Positions 1 through 12,708 of a DNA stretch of 64,000 nucleotides are shown one piece after another (position 1 is the stretch's first letter; each line of letters begins with the position of its first letter). This DNA is from the human T2T-CHM13v2.0 reference genome, Homo sapiens: the NCBI RefSeq assembly GCF_009914755.1, contig NC_060932.1, one strand, 5' to 3'. Below the pieces are notes generated by a model. It was not told where the DNA came from, did no database searches, and saw only the letters and a list, made by a program, of their open reading frames with translations. The position numbers and the translations under genes are program-made.

Positions 1-183
1 TTATGAACCTGCCCTTTATGTGTGGCAGATCTGATTCCTAACTGACCAAAGTAATATTCCAGAACAAAAGCCACTTTTCTTACATTTAACACAATATTCA
101 TATCTACCACGAACATGATCATCAAAATATATGAGAACTTATAAAGAGTTTTTGTGTGTGGAGCCTCTTCCGTGTCAATATTC

Positions 184-189
184 AATAAA
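184..189 (+). promoter_or_regulatory. Candidate polyadenylation signal of the upstream gene (probably the DNAJC5B 3' end)
   Basis: AATAAA in AT-rich, 3'UTR-like sequence with T-rich sequence downstream. The gene assignment rests only on recalled synteny. Confidence 0.35.
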
Positions 190-2207
190 GTTATAGAAAT
201 GTTTCAAGAGCCAGAAAGGGATGATTTTTTTTTAAATCACATTTTTAAGGTATATTTTTGGAACATTAAAAATTGGCATTTACTGAAAACTGGAAACCAG
301 GAAGAAACAGGTTTTGTGTGTACTTTTAGATTGGCTTAAAAACAAAACAAAACAAAACTTCAACCTGGTTAAATGTTGTAAGTGAACCAGAAAATCATTC
401 TGAGCCTGAACCCGCCCCATCAGCATGTTGATCATTTTCTAGTAAAATAATTTTTGTATAACTGGCTCAGATTAGCCAGACTAAGGGAAAAAAAACAGAT
501 GAAGGGGTAGAACTCTATACTCTAGAGCCTAAATTTACACCAAAACATGTATCACCTCATTTTTGTTAAAATTAGTTGCCTTGACCAGAAATTGCTCAGC
601 TCTGTGCATGTTACACAATTTAAGCCCAGAGGTCATCTCTGCATTTGCTTGTTTGATTCTTGTATTTATTATGTGGTAGAAACCATGTGCTATTTCTAAA
701 ATACTATGGCAGAAAAAGTGTTCGTTTTTCTAGCTCTTTCTTACTTTTTTATATAATATTGCATTTTCAAGATCTTGTTATGTTTTTATATAATATTGTA
801 TAAAATGCCTTTATCTTTTTTCTTGTTTCTTATTCCCACCCAAAAAATTATAGTTAATTGCTGCTAAATATATATTGTAAGTGAGAATTAGTGTTATAGC
901 TCTGATAGTTCTGAGGTCATTAAAATTCCACTCTAACTCTTTAGTTACTGAAATTCTTTTTCTAGGCAATCAAGTAGACAGAGCCTTGGTTTGAAAGCTA
1001 AGAAACCTGGTTCTAATCTAAGCTTTCATTAACTAGCCTTGTGACCAAGTGAGATGAAAATAACATGGCTAATCTCTCTATGGCTCTGTTTTCATATCTG
1101 CCCTGACCACCTTCCAAGTTGCTGGATGACCAGATAAAATGGCTGAAGTGAAAGAAATCTGAAAAGTCAAATGTTCAACAAATGTAAGGTGGTTTTAAAT
1201 GAATTTGTATATGTTGACGCACACAGACAAATGTACTATGACTCTTGATGCATATAAACTCTCTCACCCAACAAGACCCATGGAGACACCCAGTATTAAC
1301 AGCTCCAGTAACCAGCAAGTGCTTGGAACGCTGTATTCAACAAACAAATGCTACTTTCCATTTGGAGGAAACAATAGGATAAATAGCGCAATCTGTGGAT
1401 AATTTGAGCCATTCCATTTCCTTCCTGTGGCCTTTTTAAGCAAAAGGTCAGGTCTATTTTGAAAAGCAACTTACAAATTACAAAGCTCACCTTCTCTTTC
1501 TTGCCCAGACCTCATTTTCCTTTCTCACATGGAATTTTTTGCTTCCACTCCTAGTTCCCCAGGAAGCTGGTCCAAGAGTGGTTAAGATGAGAACAGGACA
1601 TGGATCAGAATCAGAATCAGATGGTAGAATCAAATTGCTAGAGGGGTTCTGGCCAATGTTCCTCACAAAGGGCTAGTTTCTGGTTACAATGATGTGTGAC
1701 AAATGCAAACACTTGAATACCTATGAATGAGGGAATGAATTCTGCAGAATACTCCTTCAGCTACAGAGATACAAGAATCCACTCTTCATCAGAGGAGGAG
1801 CTGCTGAAGTATATTGTGGGGGTCTACAGAAGTGCTATCCAAGAAGCACTGGCAGTCATTCTGAACCCACAAGAAGTCTTCCCTTAGCAGGGAAGCTTCA
1901 AGGCAAGAAGAGAAATGCTGAGCGTGAGCCTCATCAGTGGTCACACAGAGTCCAATGAACAGCCCGTGTCAACAGCTCACCACCTCTCCTGGGCACTGTG
2001 CTACTGGAATAGGAGACTTCTTAAAAAGTTCCATGAGTCATCCATTTATTTTTTTGCTGTCTTACAGTAGAACATAATAAAAAAATACATGTGCATTTTT
2101 CTTTACCAAAACACACACACACACATATATATATCTCAATTCTTTTAGAATAAGCGACATTCTATATCTAGAATGAAAAAACTGTCTATACATTAATTAA
2201 CTTATTA

Positions 2208-2458
2208 TTATTATTTTTTTGAGACAGAGTCTCACTGCAATCTCTGCCTCCTGGGTTCAAGCAATTCTTGTGCCTCAGTCTCCCGAGTAGCTGAGACTAC
2301 AGTCACGTGCCACCACACCCAGCTAATTTTTGTATTTTTAGTAGAGACAGGGTTTCACCATGTTGGCCAGGCTGATCTCGAACTCCTGACCTCAGGTGAT
2401 CTACCCGCCTAGGCTTCCCAAAGTGCTGGGATTACAGGTGTGAACAACCGTGCCCGGC
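2208..2458 (-). mobile_element. AluS element with an internal deletion
   Basis: Alu sequence; target-site duplication (TSD) tacatt(a/g)attaacttatta at 2189-2207 and 2459-2477. Confidence 0.9.
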
Positions 2459-2839
2459 TACATTGATTAACTTATTAGCATAATAGTTTTATATAAAATG
2501 CCTTCATTTCAAAAAAGTTTTTATTGTATTTGGCATGGAAATTATTTTTTTAAATCAATGTGTAACATACTAGAAAATCAGCTACCAAAACTTGAAAGAT
2601 ACATGTTATTCTGAGTCAAAGGGTAAAGTTTTAACAAAATAAAATGAGTTACCTTCCTACTCACATTCTGCATTTCTTAGCTCTCTCTTTTACCTCTTCC
2701 CTTAGCATCCCATCCCCCAAAATAGAGGATTTGAAAGTGTTGGCCTTAGGCTCATAAGTGCATTTACTTGTATTTGAGAAAGATGATTTATTCTTTCACA
2801 AATTAAAAATAAAATTTCTAAGAGAATAATAACCAAGAG

Positions 2840-3060
2840 TCGTAGTGCTTAGTACCTGACACTGCCCTAAGAGCTTTATATTGATTCATTTAATACAACA
2901 ACCTGTGAGAGAAGTACTGTCACCATCATCATCTGTCATTTTCTAGACTATGTAACTGGAACACAGAAAAGATAAGTAACTTGGCTAAGAACACCTAGCT
3001 ATGGAGTAGAGCAGGCTGGTCCTGAGGCCACAATATTAACAGCTGCACTATATAGCCTCT
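2840..3060. mobile_element. MIR SINE
   Basis: MIR-core-like sequence (gtaactggaacacagaaaagataagtaacttggctaag). Confidence 0.6.
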
Positions 3061-3614
3061 CCAGGATGACCTTGTGTTTCCAACTACATTTGTTCTTGAA
3101 CATGAATCCTAGTCTCTTCCCCACTCCCCATCCAACTCTTTCCCAGAGTTCTCTGACTTTCAAGAGAATATACTCACTGTGTCACTCCCTTTATTAACTA
3201 CCTTTCTCTTCAACTGCCCTTTGCAGCTCAAGGAGATTCCCCTAAGAAATCTTCCTTGTTAATTCCCTGTGACTTCCTCAAGAGCAAATCTGAAGGCTTC
3301 CTATATCTCTTACTTCACTCCCACTCCTTCCCCTTCCCCTTTTTCTTCCTCTCCCCGCTCCCCGCCACCCCAGCACTTCCTTATTTGGGAGATCTCTGTG
3401 GTCTTAGCAGCTATGTCTTTACCACCTTCTCTTCTCTGACTAACCCATAACTGCAACCCTAATCAAGTGAAAAGTTGGATTTTTAAAAAATTTTCAAAGT
3501 GATTCTAGAGCAGCTGGTTCTAATAATTGTGATTTTAAAAATTCTGATACATAACTTCCTGACATAATTTTCCAGGATGTTTAGATAGTGCCGAGAAAAC
3601 TTTTAAAGATAAAA

Positions 3615-3860
3615 TAGCAAACATATGTTGTGCTTACTATGTGCCAGACACGATTCTAGCTGCTTAATATAAGTTAACTCATGTAATTCACACAGCAACC
3701 CTATGAGGTAGGCACAATTACTATTTCCCATTTCACAGATGGGAAAATTGGGCAGCAGAGAGTCATTAATTAACTCAGGCTGTTAATAATGGGAGAGCCA
3801 GCATTTGAACTCAGCTAGTCTGGTTGTAGCATCTGTCTGCTTAATTACTATGCCACCTTG
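3615..3860. mobile_element. MIR SINE
   Basis: gtgcttactatgtgccagacac...cccatttcacagatgggaaaattg. Confidence 0.7.
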
Positions 3861-4489
3861 GTGCCCTAAGACATATCTGAATTCTGTAAACTTGGATTTA
3901 CAACTGCTTATTTAATGTCAAAATAGTGTATACATTGAGTATGTTCTAATTTGTCCCTCTCACCAAAAGTGGATACCATAAGCTTATAAATCCAAGTTAA
4001 TACAATTTGCTCTATTATTCTGAGTCCATAAGATTGGGGTGGGAACATTTGTTACTATATATAAAAATAAGGCATCTTAATATCACTCATACAATTAGAA
4101 GTAAAATATTTTCATGTTATCCATTCATAATAAAAGTGAAATTCTACCCAATTTCTCCATTGTACAAAATATGATACAAATTATGAAGTAAAAATATACC
4201 ATTGAATCTGCCAGACTACTAAATTAGCAATGCTTTATTATTTTTCATAGTATTATACAAAGGAAATACAATTTGCAAATTTTTAAAAAGAACTTTGTTG
4301 CCATTTAAAATAAAGAACGTGTGTATGTTCATGTGTATGAATACATTTGTGTGTGTATATGTGTATGAATATATGTGTGTGGTGTGTGCATGTGTGTATA
4401 TATACATAGATGTCTATATACCATAAGCAATTTATTTTGCTTCCGGTCATCTGTGTCATTTTGCCATTATAGGAAGCACAACACCTGCC

Positions 4490-4715
4490 ACACTCCTGCT
4501 CTACTGTGCTTTATTTTTCTCTTTGGCATTCATTACTGTACAGCCTACTGTATATATTATTTATTGTCTTCTTATTGTCTATTTACCCTTCCAGAATGTG
4601 TGCTTCACCAAGATAGAGATTTCTGTCTGCTTTGCTTACTGCTGTATCCTTATCCTCAGCTCTAGAACAATGCCTAGCACATAGTACAGACTAAATAAAC
4701 ATTTAAATAAAAGAA
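4490..4715 (+). mobile_element. L2 3' end
   Basis: ctagaacaatgcctagcacatagtacagactaaataaacattt resembles the L2 terminus. Confidence 0.65.
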
Positions 4716-5344
4716 TAAATGTGAGTCTCTGAAGAAAACCTCCTGGCCACACCCTCCCACCACCACCAATCATACCTTTCGGAAAGATGCTGTATGAGCA
4801 AGATGATGCTCCCACTTCCCCGAGCATGGAAGACTGCAAGTGAGCTTTCAGGACTTACAGAGCCCTGGGAATGAGATGGGTTGGCCTTGCCATCTCCCAG
4901 TAGTACAAATGTTAACCCCCTTCAAAGGGGAGGTAGGCTGGGGCTTGGTCTCATTAAATATCTTTTGATGTAGTGATTTGGCATATAATTCAGGATTGCA
5001 TTTGGGTGAATAATGCAGTCAATCTTCATTCCATATTTGTGGAGTTACCTACCTAGAAGAGGACAAACTTTCTTTACACAAACTGTAGGGGAGGAAATAC
5101 TTCCTTCTGTCATCTTAGGTTCTGTGGCTGGGCCTAAGAATTAAACGATAATAGCATAAAACATATTAACAGGAGAAAAGCATACGCATCTTATTTAATA
5201 TTTATATGTCCATGGAAGTCTTTATAAGAAAAATGAAGACCCAAAGAAGACATTAGGTCCAAAAGCTTAAGTACCTTTTTAAACAAAGAATGATAAATAT
5301 TAGGGATGTGGCAAGACAAAGGGGCTTGGTCTGGGTATAGTAGA

Positions 5345-6857
5345 CTGTGGGGTTGTGAGTGGCCAGGGGCATTGTTCAATATCAAAGAATTTTTTTAAAA
5401 GATAGTACCTTACTGGCAAGGTACTTCCTGACTTCAAGGATAAAGCATGGATGGAAGCAATCCAGAGAAAGGGTTCTCATTGTCCAGGCCTTCTTGTTGT
5501 GCAACCAAAAGACTGGCTGCTGGTGTTTTATCTTTTTCCTTCAAGGCTTGGTTGTTAGCAGCTTCACAGATAAGGGCAGTCTGACTCATAAACCCAATGG
5601 CGTTTGCACAAAACAGTAGAGGTAGCCTATCCCTTCCTGCCTTAAATCTTGGGGCTCACTTCTCATCCCTACTAATACATGTCCTTTGTGACATTTTTTT
5701 TTCCCAGAATAGGGCATTGTCATCTGCATTAAATACCATTCAGGCAGATCTCTTTTCTCCTCAATGATTTTCTTAATGACATCCAGAAATTCACCTGCTG
5801 CCTCTTGGTCAGGAAGCTGCTCTTGTTATCTTGACATTTTTAAAGCCAAAACTGCTTTCTAAAATTATCAAACCTTCCTTTGCTGGCATTAAATTCTCCA
5901 GCTTTAGACCCTTCCCCTTCCTTTTGCCTTAAGTTGTCATATAATGACTTTGTTTTTTCTGGAATTATATTAGAGTCTATAGGTATGTCTTTCTTAGAGC
6001 AATTCCGTACCCATGTAAAAGCTGCATTTTCAATACAAGATAAAGAGGTTTTTGGCAAAACGTGCAAGGGTTTCATGCCTGCTAGCCAGCTGTAGTGACG
6101 GCTTCACAAAGGTCCTTACACTGGATTCATTTATCTTGAAATGCCTGGCAACCACAGCTGTAGACCTCAATCTATGGTCCATATTAAGCAATTCAACTTT
6201 TTCTTTTTGGATCAAGACTTTTCTCTGCTTCTTGGGAGCATATCCAGCATCATGAGTGGCACTTCGTATGGGTCCTGTGGTGTTATTCAAGGTTTGTGGT
6301 ATTTCACTACAATTAAAAAATCCTCGAGACCCACAAGAGATCACTTTTTACTGCCACAGGCAATTTGCTGGAGAGACAAACTGCTCATAGGGAGATTATT
6401 AAAGTCACGTACATGGCATTTTAAGCAGATATTCGAAATACTTGAGGTCACCACAGTAGCAATGGGAGGTGGCTATGAAATTATCACAGTAGTACAGTAT
6501 GTACTATGGTTAATTTTATGCAGCTGTGATTTAATATTGCATCTTTATGTTTATTCACATTTCTTTTAACTGTGCATGGTGCCATGTACAATTTGGGTTT
6601 GTATAAGTTTTGAGAAATTTTAACTTCTTAAAATTTTATGGTAATACATGACAAAATAGACTACTATCTACATATATTTCATGCATTCATGATATACCTT
6701 TGTCTTAATTTTTTAATATTTGTAGGCTATTTGGCTCATGTCAAGTTTTTTCAAATTGTTGCAGATCTCCAAAAAAATTTCCAATATATTCATTGAAAAA
6801 AATCTATGTATGAATGGACCTACCCAGTTTAAATTCTTGTTTTTCAAGGATCAACTG
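5345..6857 (-). mobile_element. Tigger2-like DNA transposon with a decayed transposase
   Basis: Minus-strand peptides KKQRKVL..EKVELL..VARHFKINESSVRT (HTH), FNASKGRFDNFRK, VFNADDNALFW and ILNNAPGH (DDE-domain motifs). Terminal inverted repeat (TIR) CAGTTGATCCTTGAA ends at 6857 next to TA. Confidence 0.85.
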
Positions 6858-6859
6858 TA

Positions 6860-7043
6860 TTAAATAAGGTGTCCTTCAACAGAAACACACATAAAACAAG
6901 ATTATCCATTGATCAGTTGACAAAAACATTATGGCCAGAGCCTCCGTTTATTTCCCCTGGGAGCAATGTTTTCAGCATTCACTAAATCAGAGTTCAAAAT
7001 GACTTTATACAATGTAATTACACGAATAATGAGAATCAAGTGT
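6860..7043 (+). mobile_element. MER46C-like (Tigger-family MITE) 3' part
   Basis: cagaaacacacataaaacaag...aataatgagaatcaagtg; a possible matching 5' end lies near 5016-5065. Confidence 0.55.
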
Positions 7044-7871
7044 ACCTTCCCTGGAATTCCCCAGAATAGTTCCCTTTCTGACCTAGAAACAACATCTCTG
7101 TGGTTTCTCACAAATATCCTTCTTGGAGATGGTGCATATTTAGAGAAAACCATGGATAAGTCAGTAAGCCTGAATACAGCCTTGCTCCCCTAATCTGGAT
7201 GGTCATCCTAAAGACATTGTTTAATCTTTCTGGGTAGAGCTTCCTGATCTGTAGAATGGTTTCCTTGACTGAAAGGAAAAACTTGAAAGCTCTTTAGTGC
7301 ACATATGTCTAAGGAATAATTTTTCAAATAAACAATGGCTTTTTTTTTTCACATTTCACGGAGTCTTGACACACCTCCTTGGAGCACTGCTGTTAACAAA
7401 TTTAAGGGATTTCACCTTTGGATTTAGAGGTGAGAAGAGAATAACCTTTAATAGATGAAACGCTTTTCTACTCCCAGAATGTCCATTTTCTGACCGTACT
7501 GGCATCAGAACCTGCCTTTCAACCTCCTTCCTCCCAGAGTAGCAGCTGCCAGCCCAATATCCCTAACCCAAGTGTCCATCTGAGGACAGAGAGACCAAGC
7601 AGTGCTACAGAAAGCCCTGGCTGTGATTCAGGAGGCCTAAGATCTCATATGCCACTTCTCCCCTCTGTTACCTTGGATAAGTCATTTCACATATTTGGGC
7701 CTCAGTTTCTTCATTCTTAAGCAATTTTTATTACAGAATATCTATAATTAGATGACAATTATGGGACACTCTGACCCATACGTGTTATGTAAAATAACTT
7801 ACATATGGTTAAACAAAAATGTAATGATGTCAAAAAATGCAGAAACAAAAGCAAATTTCTTCACCATCCCC

Positions 7872-8285
7872 ATATAGTTTGTTAGGGCTATCATAACAAA
7901 ATATCACAGACTGGGTGGCTTTTAAAAAGATAAATTTGTTTTCTCACACTTCTAGAGGCTAGAAGTCTAAGCTCAAGGTATTGGCAGGTTTGGTTTCTTC
8001 TGAGACCTCTCTCCGTGGCTTGTAGATGGCCGTCTTCTCCCTGCGTCTTCCTGTAGCCTTCTCTCTATGCATGCATGTGCCTGCTGTCTCTGTATTCTGT
8101 TCTCCTTATAAGGACACCAGTTGTATTGGATCAGGGTGCACCCTAATGACCTCATTTTTGCTTAATTACCTCTTTAAAGGCCTTATCTCCAAATACAGTC
8201 ACATTCTGAAGTACTAGGGGTTAGGTCTTCAACAAATAAATTGGGGTGGGGAGGGAAGACAGAACACAATTCAGCCCAACAACAA
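7872..8285. mobile_element. MLT1 (MaLR) solo LTR
   Basis: tagtttgttagggctatcataacaaaatatcacagactgggtggc...cacaattcagccc. Confidence 0.8.
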
Positions 8286-8699
8286 GCATGCCATCAATTT
8301 CTCAAAATTGTGCCATATTTCAGTTTGCTTTATATTTGAACCACGTATTTTTTATAAAGTTTTTTTTTGTTTTTTTGTTTTTTTTAGAAATCCCTGAGTA
8401 TCTTCGTTCTGTCTTTTTGAGAAAAGTGACATGTGCCTTTATCATATCTCTAAGGTCTCCCAGATCCTTAATCACACTACTATTGTAAAAGAATCCGCTT
8501 CTTTTTGAAAAATAAACTTCCCAGAGCCCTCTAACTTTTTTTTCCTCCCCTTAATTTGTCCTGATTGCTTTCTTTGCCAGCTGCATCACTGTCAACCTGA
8601 GATTTTCTTTTCATTGAGTCCCTGGGTTGGTTTCCTTTTTTCTTAAATCCTGTGTACTCCTCCTTCTTGGATTCTTACTTTGCTTTGCTGAAGTACATC

Positions 8700-9085
8700 C
8701 ATGGCATACACAGAGACATGCTGCTAGACTGCCTTTCAAGAAAGAACTCACTGCCCAGCTGCAAGGAGGATGGTTAACTAGTAGCCATCAGGTGTTAACT
8801 CCTCTAGCCAAGGTTCTAAGCCTCTGGCCAATGACTGAGCAAGGTGGTGATGCTAGGGCCCCACCATTTCTGCCCAACTTGAGACTCCTCCAAAAGGAAA
8901 TCTTTGCTCTGGAGCCACCAAGAGGGTTGGCAGAAACTTTGTCGGGTCTGCATCACTGTCTAATGACTACCCCTACCCAATCCTGTGTCCTCCCCTTTTC
9001 CATTCACAGATGTTACTCCCCTGTAAAATGTTGTGCTCTAATTCTGCATGAGCTTCAGCTTACTGGAGAACCCATCCAGTACAAC
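8700..9085 (+). mobile_element. LTR16-like ERVL LTR within old L1M-like sequence
   Basis: Resembles the LTR16 family and ends ggagaacccatccagtaca. The 156-aa ORF here has no protein-like features. Confidence 0.45.
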
Positions 9086-9605
9086 ATCCTCAAATAATGT
9101 TTACTTACTTTTTATTTGTTTCAGAAAGGAATCATAGATTTAAACTTTATGAGACCTTGCAACTATGAACTATTAGTCCTCATATGTGATTGCTACTTTG
9201 ATTGGCATACAATTCTAGGCTTAAAATTATTTCTTTGCAGAGCTTTGAAGGCCATGCTCAACTGTCTTCTAGCATCCAGTAATGATGATGAGAAGTCTGA
9301 TCATAATCCAATTCTTATTCCTTTGTAGCTAGCCTAGTTCTTGTTTAGATTTTGCTTTGTTTTCCTCCATCTCTGAAAGTTACAGGGTTTCATCTTTATC
9401 CTCAATGCTTTTGAATGTCACTAGGCTGTGTCCAGGCATGGTTATTTTTCATTCATCCTAACTTGCATGATCCTTTCCATCTGATGACCAATGTCTTTCT
9501 TTTATTCTTACCCCTGCATTGTCTCTGTTTTCTCTTTCTGGAGCTCATATTAGATACTCTTTATGTCTTCAGGATCTATCTTTTCTTTTTTTTTTCTTTT
9601 CTATC

Positions 9606-9614
<9 letters not shown>

Positions 9615-9658
<44 letters not shown>
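9615..9658 (+). repeat. (GT)n microsatellite in an Alu tail
   Basis: About 22 GT units, read directly. Confidence 0.95.
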
Positions 9659-9660
<2 letters not shown>

Positions 9661-9661
<1 letters not shown>

Positions 9662-9943
9662 ACCAGATCTCACTCTGTCCCAGGAGCTGGAGTGCAATGG
9701 TGCAATCAATCATAGCCCGCAGCAGCTTTGAACTCCTGGGCTCAAGAGATCCTTCTGCCTCAGCCTCCCAAGTAGCTGGGACTACAGGTAAACACCACCA
9801 TGTCTAGCTAATTTTCGTATCTTTTGTAGAGATGGGGGTCTTGCTTTGTTGCCCAGGCTGGTCCCAAACTCTTAGCTTCAAGCAATCCTCCCGCCCTGGC
9901 CTCCCAAAGTACTGGAATGACAGGGGTGAGCCACTGTACCCAG
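9661..9943 (-). mobile_element. AluJ
   Basis: Diverged Alu with J-type features (cctgggctcaag, tcttgctttgttgcccagg). Confidence 0.85.
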
Positions 9944-11329
9944 TGTCATGTTTTTATTTTTTGCTTTCCATGGTCTGATGTCCTGGGATATATTTTCCAT
10001 TCTATCTTCTATATCTTCATAGCTGATCTTTAGCCATGACCAGTATGTTACTTTTCACCTTAGCAATCATACTTTTAGTATTCAGGAACTCTCTTCTTCC
10101 CTAGTTGCTCCTGTTAATATCACTGTATTTTGGTTTTCATTGCTGTAACTCTCTCTTGGATGTCCTTGAGGATATCCCTAACTACTTTTTTGTTAAATAG
10201 TTCTGTTCTATTCTTTGCATTATTTGTTTTCTCCTCGGTCATTTATTTAACTTGTTCATCTTGGACTTTCTTTTTGAAGTTGTTGTTATTTCCTCCCAAA
10301 TGTCTGGTAAACATAACGTGTCCTTCATGATACATTGCTATCTGTAAAAATGGCTGTGTCCTGCGGACTATCAGGCTTTGCATTTATGGTGCATGAGTGG
10401 AGAACAGCCATGCTGGCCCAAGATCCTCCAACCTGCCAACTCAAGAAAGAACTCGCTCTGAGAGTTGGGTACGGTGGCCTTCCTGTTCCTTCCATCTCTA
10501 TTAGGCTCTACTCTGCCCTACTCCCTAGCCCTATACCACTCCACAGGCTCTAGTCTGGCAAATCTACTCTACTTAAGCCATTCTCCAGTGGGATCTCCCT
10601 GGCAAAAAATTCAGCAACGGCTGCACAACATTGTGGGCGGCTGACCTCTGTGCTGCTGCCTCTGTGCGTGGAGTCTCTTGTGAGCTCCATGGGGAGAATG
10701 GTTTTGTCTCTGCTAGCTTACAGAATGTGCATTTGGAGCTGTGTTTTTCTCCATTATAATCTCATTTGATTTTCACCTTGTAGAAGTTATTTAAAATCTC
10801 TATTTGTTACTTATACCTACTGTAGTTTTCCATGTTGCAATAGATTTTTTTTCTTTTGTGTATTTTTATCATCTTTTCAATGTACTCCTGGGGAGGAAGG
10901 GGTATAGTCGTATGCGCCCAACCTTCATACATGTAATCCTGATCCCTGGACACAGTGGGTGAGCACCTAAGTGAGGCCAAGAATAATGGAGAGTTTTGCA
11001 GTCAGGCCTGAGAAAGAGAAGTGACTCTCTGTGTGATAGACTGTGAAGAATAAAGCTCCAGAACTTTTAGGGTGGGGGACAGCACCATGTTTCCAACTGT
11101 GTGCACTAGAGCAGAGCTGAGAAACACTGAGAGAGAAACCTTTAAGAAGGCCTAGTTACATTTCATCTCTGCTTTCCTGGGGACACCCCTGTATCATTAA
11201 AATAAATGTCTTGCTTATACTAACTCTTGTGAATTTCTGTCACTTACAAGTAAGAAGGCCAAAAATCACACGTTTGGCCTCCCTGAAACCTATTACTCAA
11301 GTAAGGTTGGCTGTTGGGGAAGAGGGCTT

Positions 11330-11600
11330 GGCTAGGTATGGTAGCTCGTGCCTTAATCCCAGCACTTTGGGAGGCTGAGGCGGGAAGATCACTTGAAGCC
11401 AGGAGTTCAAGACCAGCCTGGGCAACAAAGCCAGAGCCAGGTGAGGTGGCACATGCCTGTAATTCCAGGAGGCTGAGGCAGGAGAAGCACTTGAGCTCAG
11501 AAGTTTGAGGCTGCAGTGAGCTATGATGGCATCACTGCACCCCAACCTGGGTAACAAAGCAAGACTCTGTTTCTAAAAAATAATGAAAATAATAATTTAA
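11330..11600 (+). mobile_element. AluJ lacking the central A-rich linker
   Basis: Left arm runs directly into the right arm. Confidence 0.85.
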
Positions 11601-12635
11601 TAAACACCCTGCTCGCCACCTTTGTAAAATAAGGAGAAGGTAGGACTAAAAGGAGGCACTTTTCTCTTAGCCTGATTTTCATGGTTCTGTCCACAAACTT
11701 GAGCCAGAGGGGTACAACTCACCTCCCCCACCTCTCAGAGGTCATTTTCTCAAACTCTCAGAAATGCTGTATAACTTTAAAGATACGTCGGCTTGTTACA
11801 TGCAAAAATGGCAAAATGTTCACCAGGAAACAAAAATAATCTCATGTTTGTGCAGTCTTAAGGAAGCCGCTTTCCCACTTAAAAATCCAGCCCTTTTCTT
11901 TTCTCTAACTTCGTATTTTATCTTCCCTAATTTTACATTTTATTAAAGCTTTTACTTTTGGGAACTGCTATCTTACAGGGGAGATTTAAGAAATAATTCC
12001 AATCTCCCTTCCACAAATATTACTATAATAACATTAAAATAGAAACTCAGTTTGCCCAAACCAACATGATGCCTTCTTGGTTAAAAGATCTCTAAGGGCA
12101 AAACCCAGGTCGTTGGATGGTTTTTACGCTACGCTAACAACTGAGTGGGAATATGGCAGCAAACCTTAACAATTTATAAACGCTATGACCTTACAAAAAT
12201 AGGCCGACGAAGCAGGATTATAAGCCTATCTGGGATTGAATAACTTTTTAAAATTAAACATAAAATAGGAACCAGATCAAAAAGACATTCTATGTGATCT
12301 TCTTCCCTCTCTTTGCTTAGCCGGGGGTTGGTGAGGGGACTTTCTCTAGGAACTTAGTGACTCTGATGTCTTAGTAGATGCGGTGGAACCAGCTCTGTCT
12401 ACAGAACCCCGGGCTTCAGTGGCGTCTTCCTAACCCGGCTTGCCTGCCGGGGGCGTTCCGAGACCCTCGGGGCCTTCCCTTCACCCCGCGGGAGTTGGAC
12501 CGGTGGCGCTGGTAAGGCCTCCCGGGCTCAAAGTGCAACGGACACTGCAGAAATCCAAACTGCTGGCATTCGCGGTTTGGGGACGCCAGAGGAGGTAATG
12601 ATTTCTGGTTTGTTAACCTCAAGTGACAATAATGC

Positions 12636-12708
12636 CGAGCCAGGCAGGAGCTGGACCTACAATCTTCTGATGCGTGGTCAGACACGTTATCCCTTGCGCC
12701 ACTGGCCT
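12636..12708 (-). pseudogene. tRNA-Arg(ACG) pseudogene
   Basis: The reverse complement AGGCCAGTGGCGCAAGGGATAACGTGTCTGACCACGCATCAGAAGATTGTAGGTCCAGCTCCTGCCTGGCTCG aligns ungapped over 73 nt with human tRNA-Arg(ACG) as recalled, with about 10-11 differences. The B box is broken. Confidence 0.85.

Noticed and set aside
5840-6344. CENP-B/TIGD-like domesticated gene
   Set aside because: The reading frame is broken by frameshifts and stops and lies inside a Tigger2 with a TIR.
8627-9097. 156-aa ORF with a signal-peptide-like start
   Set aside because: It has a non-ATG start, spans L1/LTR-derived sequence and shows no recognisable domain.
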